NCBI GenBank assembly: GCA_963838455.1
Contig: CAWISY010000142.1
Location: 21,763 to 85,762, forward strand
Source of the DNA: Bryobacterales bacterium
GTDB taxonomy: Bacteria > Acidobacteriota > Terriglobia > Bryobacterales > Bryobacteraceae
Reading direction: 5' to 3'
Length of the DNA stretch: 64,000 nucleotides
Part shown: positions 56,618 through 64,000 of the stretch, in pieces
Layout of the letters: every line of letters starts with the position of its first letter
Numbering within the stretch: position 1 is the first letter of the stretch
The notes under the pieces: generated by a model
The model's database searches: none
What the model saw: only the letters and a program-made list of their open reading frames with translations
What the model was told of the DNA's origin: nothing
Translations under genes and position numbers: made by a program

Positions 56618-56848
56618 ATGAACGTGGACCGGCTTCATCGAATTACCGTGGAAGAGGGCAAGTGCGGAGGCCGGCCCTGCATTCGCGGCCACCGCCTTCG
56701 GGTCGCCGACATCCTGGAGCTCCTAAGCGCAGGCGCGTCCTTCGATGAGATCCTTGCCGACTACCCGTTTCTTGAGCGCGACGACATCCTCGCCGCGATC
56801 GACTACGCCGCCCACCAGACCGATCACGCGGTCTTGCACACCTCTTGA
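56618..56848 (+). CDS. DUF433-family antitoxin-like protein
   Basis: GKCGGRPCIRGHRLRVADILELL...ILADYPFLERDDILAAIDYA. Confidence 0.8.
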   Translation: MNVDRLHRITVEEGKCGGRPCIRGHRLRVADILELLSAGASFDEILADYPFLERDDILAAIDYAAHQTDHAVLHTS

Positions 56849-57173
56849 AGTTTTTGGTCGACAACCAGCTTCCGGGGCGCTTGCCCGGTATCTCCGCAGG
56901 CGGGGGCTCGACTGCCAACACGTTCTTGAATGCGGGTTGGCCGCGGCGTCCGATTCGGAGATTTGCCGATACGCGACGGAACAGGGACGCATCATCGTCA
57001 CCAAGGACGAAGATTTTCTTTACCTCGCGAGCCAGCCCAGATCTGAAACCAAGCTGCTCTGGATTCGTCTCGGCAATTGCCGCACCAAGGCTTTGCTTGC
57101 TGCGATTGAAGGCGTATGGCCGAGAGTTGAAGCGGCCCTGAAAGCTGACGAGCGAATCATCGAGATTCGTTGA
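56845..57173 (+). pseudogene. DUF5615-family (PIN-like / Mut7-C-like) toxin candidate, 1-nt frameshift
   Basis: TTG 56845 overlaps the DUF433 stop (TTGA) and reads MKFLVDNQLPG. The family-typical continuation ALARYLRRRGLDCQHVLECGL...IIVTKDEDFLYL lies in the -1 frame. The switch is at the G4 run 56874-56877. Confidence 0.6.
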
Positions 57174-57183
57174 TGCGCGTCCC

Positions 57184-59082
57184 TCAGCTCAGCAGACGGT
57201 TCGCCAGGAACGCGCACACGTACGCCATGCCGGTCATGTAGGCGAACTGCACCGCCGGCCATTTCCAGCCGCCGGTTTCGCGACGCACCACCGCCACGGT
57301 GGACATGCATTGCAGCGCGAAGGCGAAGAACACCAGCAGGGCGAAGGCTCCGCCGGGGGAAAGGTCGTTGCGCAGGGCCTGCTGCAAGGTGGCCGAATGC
57401 TCGATGCCCTCGCCTTCCACTCCGTAAATCGTCCCCAGCGTGCTGACGATAGTCTCGCGCGCGGCCAGCGAGGTCAGCAATCCGATCCCGATCTTCCAGT
57501 TGAATCCCAGCGGCCGGATGGCCGGCTCAATCACGTGCCCGATGTGTCCGGCGTAGCTATCGGCGATGTTCGCGGGCGGATTGCCGTGCGACAGCGGCAG
57601 ATACGTGAGCGCCCAAATGATCACCGCGACGCCCAGGATCCAGGTTCCGGCGCGTCGCAGAAACACCTTGGATCGATCGATGAGCCGCAAACCCAGCGAA
57701 GATACAGTGGGCCAGCGGTACGGAGGCATCTCCAGAATGAAGGGCGAGCGGGTGCTGCGCAGCACCGTCGATTTCAGCAGCCGCGCGGTCGCGACGGCCG
57801 CCAGGAAGCCGAGCACGTATAATCCCAGCATCGCCGCCGTGCGGGTATGCAAGAAGAAGCCCAGGATCGGCTTATCCGGAACGAATGCCGCGATCACCAG
57901 AATGTACACGGGCAGCCGCGCCGAGCAGGTCATGAACGGCGCGATCAAGATGGTCGCGATGCGGTCGCGTTTGTTCTCGATGGTGCGCGTGGCCATGATC
58001 GCCGGCACCGCGCAGGCGTAGGCAGAAAGCAGTGGGATGAAGCTCTTACCCTGCAGGCCGAACCGTGCCATGGTGCGGTCGGCAATCAACGCCGCACGGG
58101 CCAGATAGCCGGAATCCTCCAGGAACCCGATGAACAAGAACAGCAGCAGAATCTGCGGTAGAAACACTACCACCGATCCCACTCCCGCCCAAATTCCTTT
58201 TTCCACCAGAGAACTCAGCGCGGGATTCGGAATGTGCCCGCCGATCCAGGCTCCGGAGCGGTCGATCAGCGTCTGCATTCCATCCATGATCGGCTTGGCC
58301 CACGTGAAAATCGCCTGGAACACGCCGATCACCACCAGCAGGAAGATCAGCGGCCCGAACACTCGATGCAGAAAAATCGCGTCCAGCCGGCGCGTCCACT
58401 CCGGCGGCGCCGGAGCATGATACTTCGAATTGTTCCCGACCCTCGCGGCCCACGCGCGGCACTGCGGGATGTTCTGGATCACCGGCAGCTCCACCCGGGG
58501 AGCCTGCCTCGATACCGCCGTCGCGCCATCCAGAAATTGAAAAACCTTCTCCAGGCCCTGCCCCTTGGCCGCGCTGATCAGCGCTACCGGCGTCCCGAGT
58601 TGCACCGACAACTCCGCCGGATCCGCCCCGCCGCCGCGCCTGGCCAGGTCGTCGGCCATATTCAGCACCACCAGCGTGGGCAATCCCAGGCTCAATACCG
58701 GAGCGGCCAGCACCAGGTGCCGCGCCAGGTTGGTCGAATCCAGAATCAGCAGGATCGCCTCCGGCCGAGGCATATCCTTCATCTCGCCCAGCAGCACGTC
58801 ATGGGTGACGCGTTCGTCTTCGGTGCGCGGCGTCAGACTGTAGACGCCCGGCAGATCCACCACGAAGATCTCGCGGCCGGGATCGAGCTTCACTTTGCCC
58901 ATACGATGCTCGACCGTCACGCCGGGGAAGTTCGCGACCTTCTGCCGCAATCCGGTCAGCCGGTTGAATAGCGTCGATTTTCCGGAATTGGGCGGACCGA
59001 TGATGGCCACGATGCGCTGCTTGACGAAGGGAGGCGCGGCGAGAAGTGTGGTCCCGGCGGAACAATCGTGGCAATCGCTCAT
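57184..59082 (-). CDS. feoB: ferrous iron transporter FeoB
   Basis: G-domain IVAIIGPPNSGKSTLFNRLTG, DLPGVYSL, then a polytopic membrane domain. Confidence 0.95.
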   Translation of the reverse strand: MSDCHDCSAGTTLLAAPPFVKQRIVAIIGPPNSGKSTLFNRLTGLRQKVANFPGVTVEHRMGKVKLDPGREIFVVDLPGVYSLTPRTEDERVTHDVLLGEMKDMPRPEAILLILDSTNLARHLVLAAPVLSLGLPTLVVLNMADDLARRGGGADPAELSVQLGTPVALISAAKGQGLEKVFQFLDGATAVSRQAPRVELPVIQNIPQCRAWAARVGNNSKYHAPAPPEWTRRLDAIFLHRVFGPLIFLLVVIGVFQAIFTWAKPIMDGMQTLIDRSGAWIGGHIPNPALSSLVEKGIWAGVGSVVVFLPQILLLFLFIGFLEDSGYLARAALIADRTMARFGLQGKSFIPLLSAYACAVPAIMATRTIENKRDRIATILIAPFMTCSARLPVYILVIAAFVPDKPILGFFLHTRTAAMLGLYVLGFLAAVATARLLKSTVLRSTRSPFILEMPPYRWPTVSSLGLRLIDRSKVFLRRAGTWILGVAVIIWALTYLPLSHGNPPANIADSYAGHIGHVIEPAIRPLGFNWKIGIGLLTSLAARETIVSTLGTIYGVEGEGIEHSATLQQALRNDLSPGGAFALLVFFAFALQCMSTVAVVRRETGGWKWPAVQFAYMTGMAYVCAFLANRLLS

Positions 59083-59091
59083 GGGTTGCGG

Positions 59092-59445
59092 CTATTCCTC
59101 TGGTGCTTTCAGAATGAGTTTGCGGGCCGTTTCGCGCCGCAGGGCGACCTCGGAGCCGTCCACGCGAAACACGCGCGGGTCGCCCCCCGGAGCCGAATGC
59201 GCCGGCGTGACGGAGTGCCCCGGCAAAAACCCGAGCTCCATGAGCCTGCGGGCATCGTCTTCCGGCAAATCCAGCCGGTCCAGCACGCCGTGCTCGCCGC
59301 GCTGCAGCTCATTCAGGTTGCGCGGCGCGGGGCCCTGCCGGCGGATCACCTTTTTGACATCGGGTTGCATGTTGAACCAATACAGGAACCGGAATCGAAT
59401 GATCTCAAAATTTTGGGACATCATGGCTGCGCCACCGAGTTGCAT
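59092..59445 (-). CDS. feoA: FeoA-domain protein (start uncertain)
   Basis: LNELQRGEHGVLDRL...RRLMELGFLPGHSV...VDGSEVALRRETARKILI. Possible starts at 59445, 59424/59421 or 59370. Confidence 0.75.
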   Translation of the reverse strand: MQLGGAAMMSQNFEIIRFRFLYWFNMQPDVKKVIRRQGPAPRNLNELQRGEHGVLDRLDLPEDDARRLMELGFLPGHSVTPAHSAPGGDPRVFRVDGSEVALRRETARKLILKAPEE

Positions 59446-59553
59446 CTAGCTTTCCAAAACGCCCCCTGCCTAACTTCGTTTCCTATCATACACCATCTAG
59501 GACCGAAGCGGTCGTATATCCAGGGAAGTTGGGTCATGAGGCGCTAAACGGTC

Positions 59554-61038
59554 GTGGGGATGGCGTCAGTTGCCGCACCCGATATGATGGGATTCGTCAT
59601 GCTTGTTCGCGTCCCTAGCCAGCTCGAGGCCATCCTACGCGCCTTAGATGCTGCCGGGTTCCTCGCGATTCTAGTTGGCGGCGCGGTCCGGGATGCCTTT
59701 CTAGGACTGAACCCAAAGGATTTCGATGTAGAGGTTTACGGGGTTGCCTACGACCGGCTCGCCGGTTTACTCGCGGCTTACGGCCGCGTGGACCTGGTGG
59801 GAAAGAGCTTCGGGGTGGTCAAACTGACGGTCGGAGAGTCGACCTGGGATTTTTCCATCCCCCGGCGTGAAAACAAGACCGGTCCGCATCACCGGGATTT
59901 CCACACCACCTTCGACCCATCCATCACGCCCACGGAAGCCGCTTCCCGGCGTGACTTCACCATCAACGCCATCGGCTACGATCCGAATCGCGATCAGGTG
60001 CTCGATTTTTTCGGCGGCCGCGAGGATTTGCACAACCGCATCCTGCGAGCTACCGGCAGTGCGTTCTCCGAAGACCCCTTGCGCGTGCTACGCGGGATGC
60101 AGTTCGCTTGCCGCTTCGATCTCGAAATCGATCCGGCGACGGCCGATGTCGCCCGCTCCATCGCCCATCAATACAGTACGCTGGCCATTGAGCGCGTGGC
60201 CGAAGAGTTCATGAAGTGGGCCACGAAGGGCGACCACCCTGGGCGCATCGCCGGCTACTTGAAGGCCACTGGCTGGGATGTCCATTTCCCCGAGATCGCC
60301 GCACTTGCGGGCACTCCACAAGATCCCGGATGGCATCCCGAAGGCGATGTCGGTACGCACACGATGCTGGTTCTGGATGCCGCGGCGCGGGTCGCGAAGC
60401 GCGAGATACTGGACGGCGATGAGCGCGCGGTGCTGCTGTTCTCCGCTCTGTGCCATGATTTCGCCAAGCCCGCGACCACCCAGCTCCGCGAGCGGGAGGG
60501 CGGGGCCGAAGGAAAAAAGATGCGCTGGACCTCCTGGGGCCACGAAGCCGCGGGCGGTCCCATGGCGCGCGCGTTTCTGGAGCGCATCGGGATCAAGGCG
60601 TCGATCGTCAGCCAAGTGGTTCCGCTGGTCGAAAACCATCTGGCCAGCTCCAGCGTCGGCCGGGGTACAGACGGCCACGCCCCGACTCCGCGCGCGGTGC
60701 GGCGTCTGGCCATGCGCCTGGCGCCAGCAAACATTTTGCAGCTCTTGCGTTTAATCGAGGCCGACCACTCCGGCCGCCCGCCGCTGCCCGCCGGTTTGCC
60801 CGAGGGCGCCGTCCGCATTCGCGAAATGGCCTTCGCGCAGGAGGTGCAGGAGAAACCGCAAGCGCCGTTGATTCAGGGCCGGCATGTGCTGCCGTATTTC
60901 GACAACCGGCCCGGCAAGCACATCGGCGAAGTGGTCAACGCGGCCATCGAAGCGCAGGCCGACGGCGAATTCTCAACCCAGGAAGAAGCCCTCGCCTGGC
61001 TCGAGAGGTTCCTGAAGATCGAACAGCGCCAACTGTAG
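59554..61038 (+). CDS. CCA tRNA nucleotidyltransferase family protein with HD domain
   Basis: LVGGAVRDAFLGLNPKDFDVEV head domain, RRDFTINA, later HPEGDVGTHT and HD-type HDFAK. The start (GTG 59554 or a downstream ATG) is uncertain. Confidence 0.8.
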   Translation: MGMASVAAPDMMGFVMLVRVPSQLEAILRALDAAGFLAILVGGAVRDAFLGLNPKDFDVEVYGVAYDRLAGLLAAYGRVDLVGKSFGVVKLTVGESTWDFSIPRRENKTGPHHRDFHTTFDPSITPTEAASRRDFTINAIGYDPNRDQVLDFFGGREDLHNRILRATGSAFSEDPLRVLRGMQFACRFDLEIDPATADVARSIAHQYSTLAIERVAEEFMKWATKGDHPGRIAGYLKATGWDVHFPEIAALAGTPQDPGWHPEGDVGTHTMLVLDAAARVAKREILDGDERAVLLFSALCHDFAKPATTQLREREGGAEGKKMRWTSWGHEAAGGPMARAFLERIGIKASIVSQVVPLVENHLASSSVGRGTDGHAPTPRAVRRLAMRLAPANILQLLRLIEADHSGRPPLPAGLPEGAVRIREMAFAQEVQEKPQAPLIQGRHVLPYFDNRPGKHIGEVVNAAIEAQADGEFSTQEEALAWLERFLKIEQRQL

Positions 61039-62031
61039 ATCGCGTGGCCATAGCTCCGGCTCCTCCTGCTGGTGGAACCCTTCGCCGAAACCGTAGCGCT
61101 TGCGGATACGCGCCATTCGTTCCGCGATCCGCTTCGGGTAGTCGCCGCTCAAATACGCAGCTCGCGCGAAGCGCTCCCGGTAGCGCCGGACTAACATTGG
61201 AAACCGTTCCTCCAGGAACGGTAAAAACACTTGCCGGGCGCAGGATTTCAAAAAAACAACTTGCCCTCCGAATGTCTTGGAGCCGGCCGAGCGAGCCGCC
61301 TGCGCCACCGCGTCCAGACTAGCCTCGCTATCGGTCAGCAGCGGCAGAACCGGCGAACAGTGCACCGAGGCGCGGATGCCGGCGCGATTGAGTTTGCGCA
61401 CCGCCGCGATGCGCAGGTCCGGGCGCGGAGCCATCGGCTCGATCAAGCGCACCAGCGCGGTATCCATCGTGGTCACCGTCAGCGAGATACTGAGGAAATG
61501 CCGCCGGGCGACCTCTTGGAGCACATCGATATCGCGCGCCACCAGTTGCGACTTGGTGGTGATTCCCAGCTTCAAGCCGGAGGTTTGCGCGAACGCCTGC
61601 AGAATGGCCCGGGTGATGCGGTACCGGCGCTCCGCCGGCTGATACGGATCGGTGGCTGTGCCCAGGGCGATGGCGTGGCCGCGAGGCAGCCGCCGCAATT
61701 CGTTCAAGAACATATCCTTATTAAACTGTTTGGCGTAGATCTGCCGCTCAAATTGCGCCGGATCCCGCAGCTCCATGAATTCGTGGGCGTATCTGGCGTA
61801 GCAGTACTTGCATCCGAACTCGCATCCCCGGTAAGGATTGATACCCCATTGAAACGGAACCCTCGATGTGTCGCATTTGTGCAGATAGCTGCGCGCGCCG
61901 ATTTCAAAGTAGTCCACGCGCGCCTTGGCCTCCAGGCGCGGGCTCTCGGTGGCCATTTTTGCAATGCCGATGAGCGGCGGCACACTTGAATATTCGCTCT
62001 TTCTTCGCCCTATGTCAAGCCCCATGTCCAA
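60973..62031 (-). CDS. radical SAM protein (PA0069 / SPL-like family)
   Basis: CEFGCKYCYARY CxxxCxxC motif. The start may be ATG 61956. The 3' end overlaps the convergent gene by 66 nt. Confidence 0.8.
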   Translation of the reverse strand: MDMGLDIGRRKSEYSSVPPLIGIAKMATESPRLEAKARVDYFEIGARSYLHKCDTSRVPFQWGINPYRGCEFGCKYCYARYAHEFMELRDPAQFERQIYAKQFNKDMFLNELRRLPRGHAIALGTATDPYQPAERRYRITRAILQAFAQTSGLKLGITTKSQLVARDIDVLQEVARRHFLSISLTVTTMDTALVRLIEPMAPRPDLRIAAVRKLNRAGIRASVHCSPVLPLLTDSEASLDAVAQAARSAGSKTFGGQVVFLKSCARQVFLPFLEERFPMLVRRYRERFARAAYLSGDYPKRIAERMARIRKRYGFGEGFHQQEEPELWPRDLQLALFDLQEPLEPGEGFFLG

Positions 62032-62083
62032 AGAGCGCTCGACGTAAACGAAACCCCCTGGGGTGCGTCCTTAGAGATCGAAG

Positions 62084-63151
62084 ATGAGCGTTGTCAGTAG
62101 ACGCGGTGTTTCGAGAAGGAGCGTTCTCCGCTCGGCGGCGGCCTTGCTCCCGGCGCGGCGCATCCTCGCCTGGCAGGACCCGGAGCAGGGCGCGAAATAC
62201 TCGGCTGACGTGAATGTGGTCAACGTCTTAGCGACGGTTCGCGACCGCGACGGCCGCATCGTCTCCAATCTGACCAAGGACGATTTCACGATCGAGGAGG
62301 ACGGCCGGCCGCAGGTGATCCAGTACTTCGCCCAGCAGACCGGTCAGCCGTTGATCCTGGGGCTGCTGGTTGACACCAGCGGCAGTGAGCGCCGCAATAT
62401 CGAATCCGAGCGCCGCGCCAGCTACAAATTCTTCGACCAGGTCCTGCGCGAGGACAAAGATCGCGCGTTCCTGATCCATTTCGATTGGCAGGTGGAGCTG
62501 TTGGAGGATTTGACGTCGTCGCGCCGGAAGCTGGAGACGGGCCTCGACAACCTGGGCGCATCGCCGCCTCCGCAGTATCAAGACCCTCCGCAGAATCAAG
62601 GCCCTCCGCAGGCTCAAAACAGGGCTGGGCGCGGCCGGGGCGGCGGCGGTGGAACGCTCCTCTATGACGCGGTGTTTCTGGCCGGCGATGAGGTGATGCG
62701 CAAGGAGCAGGGCCGTAAGGCAGTGATCCTGTTCTCCGACGGCGACGACAACGGCAGCCGGACCTCGCTCTTCGGCTCGATCGAAGCGGCGCAGCGCGCC
62801 GATACCCTGGTGTACTCAGTGCGATTTGCCGACTCCAGCGCCTTCGGTCCAAGTTTTGGAGGAGGGCGGGGGCGGCGCGGCGGAGGGTTCCCCGGCGGTC
62901 AAGGGCGAGGCCGCGAGAACGGCAAGGAAGTGCTGCAGCGTATTTCTGCCGAAACCGGCGGCGGGTTCTTCGAAGCCGGCGGCAGTTCCACGCTCGACAA
63001 AATCTTCGCGCGCATTCAGGATGAGCTGCGGAATCAGTACAGCCTCGGCTACACTTCCAATCAAAGCGGCGCGGGATACCGCATGATCCGGGTCACCGCG
63101 AACGGCAAGAACCTGACGGTGCGGGTTCGCCAGGGGTATTACGCGAAATAG
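62084..63151 (+). CDS. VWA-domain protein, TIGR03436-like (acidobacterial VWFA-related)
   Basis: VNVVNVLATVRDRDGRIVSNLTKDDFTIEEDGRPQ..., DTSGS, ILFSDGDDNGS, YRMIRV...LTVRVRQGYYA. Confidence 0.8.
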   Translation: MSVVSRRGVSRRSVLRSAAALLPARRILAWQDPEQGAKYSADVNVVNVLATVRDRDGRIVSNLTKDDFTIEEDGRPQVIQYFAQQTGQPLILGLLVDTSGSERRNIESERRASYKFFDQVLREDKDRAFLIHFDWQVELLEDLTSSRRKLETGLDNLGASPPPQYQDPPQNQGPPQAQNRAGRGRGGGGGTLLYDAVFLAGDEVMRKEQGRKAVILFSDGDDNGSRTSLFGSIEAAQRADTLVYSVRFADSSAFGPSFGGGRGRRGGGFPGGQGRGRENGKEVLQRISAETGGGFFEAGGSSTLDKIFARIQDELRNQYSLGYTSNQSGAGYRMIRVTANGKNLTVRVRQGYYAK

Positions 63152-63169
63152 GCGCGGCGCTTTGAAACG

Positions 63170-64000
63170 CTACGGGACTTCCAGGCTGACCAGCGTCTGG
63201 TTCATCAACTGGTAGGCGATTTCGCCGAAGGTGAACGGTCCCGGGAAGCGATCCAGCTTCTTGCCTTCCAGCGACGAATACACATAGTTCAGGATGCAAT
63301 TACAAGAGAACGCCACCGGAAGGGCGCGCCGCTCCCGGACCGCGCGTTCGAAAGATTTTTCGTAATTCTCCACGGGCTTGGCCACGCGGTAAGGGAAGCC
63401 TTCAAACACCGGCGCGTAAAAGGTGACCTTGTGCTGTTTGGGGAGAACGTTCTGGAAGCTCACATTCACCATCGCGCCGCCGACATCGGCAACCAGTGGG
63501 AGCCGGGTGTCAATCCTATGTTGCGTTACATAGTCGCAGAATAGCTGGCGCTGCCCGTCCACCGTGCACGTGGTCGCCTCAAAGCCGCTGCTCGGAAACT
63601 CGATCACGGGACCGTCGCCGGGTTCGAATAGATTGACGATGTCGACCACGGGCGTATGAATCGGTTTGTAGGAGACGTGCAGAACCACGGCTTCCTCGAC
63701 GCTGGACTTCCCCAGTCCCGAAAAAACGCGCGGTGTGCGCTCTCCCAGATCGTTCAAATGGACCCCGGCCACCCAGCCGACCAGCGGGGACATCCCAAAC
63801 TCCGGAAGCTCCGGAGCCTGCAGCGCGAAGTCCATATGTACGGGGCTCATTCCGGGGATCAGCAGAAACGCCGCCACGTTCCCCTGCGCGTCGGTGTAGA
63901 GGCAGTGCAAATCCTTCCGGCCGTACCAGCGAATCCCCTTGAAGACCAGCTCTGGTGGAAGCTCGGTCGAGAAGACCCGATCGGTGGAGCAGATGCCACC
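63170..64000 (-). CDS. hypothetical protein, 5' end outside the window
   Basis: The frame stays open from 63910 to the window edge (GGICSTDRVFSTELPPELVFKGIRWYGRKD...). No confident family assignment. Confidence 0.5.
   Translation of the reverse strand, partial: GGICSTDRVFSTELPPELVFKGIRWYGRKDLHCLYTDAQGNVAAFLLIPGMSPVHMDFALQAPELPEFGMSPLVGWVAGVHLNDLGERTPRVFSGLGKSSVEEAVVLHVSYKPIHTPVVDIVNLFEPGDGPVIEFPSSGFEATTCTVDGQRQLFCDYVTQHRIDTRLPLVADVGGAMVNVSFQNVLPKQHKVTFYAPVFEGFPYRVAKPVENYEKSFERAVRERRALPVAFSCNCILNYVYSSLEGKKLDRFPGPFTFGEIAYQLMNQTLVSLEVP

Noticed and set aside
59392-59414. Fur-box-like AT-rich stretch (GAATCGAATGATCTCAAAATT) near the feoA 5' end
   Set aside because: It matches the 19-bp Fur consensus at only ~8 of 19 positions in my hand alignment. 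Its position relative to the unresolved feoA start is unclear.

Overview
High-GC chromosomal segment, most likely from an Acidobacteria genome of the Solibacter/Bryobacter type. That placement is an inference from protein families typical of the group: TIGR03435/03436/03437-like proteins, BlaR1-TonB fusions and a CarboxypepD_reg-type TonB receptor. I read about 60 protein-coding genes and saw no rRNA, tRNA or CRISPR array. Housekeeping genes include glnA, infC, mdh, trxB, feoAB, a leuCD-like pair and a CCA-adding enzyme. Accessory content includes one ISKra4-like insertion sequence, two toxin-antitoxin loci whose toxin genes are both frameshifted, a BlaI repressor with two tandem BlaR1-TonB sensor-proteases, a sigma54 two-component system, secreted hydrolases and transporters. 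The best candidate for an undescribed system is a translationally coupled pair at 43.7-46.0 kb: a TIR-domain protein plus a ParA/MinD-like ATPase with a variant P-loop (KGGVGRT) and an unrecognisable C-terminal domain. The second candidate is a tightly coupled six-gene minus-strand operon (29.3-35.2 kb). There an aconitase-family large/small subunit pair that has lost all three Fe-S cysteine ligands is split around an ornithine-cyclodeaminase homolog and two M24-fold proteins lacking metal ligands. A canonical leuCD pair lies right next to it. An ~80-nt structured intergenic element occurs twice. Every frameshift I found sits at a homopolymer run, so assembly error must be excluded before calling pseudogenes. 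All calls come from reading the translations and the DNA by eye; no searches were run.
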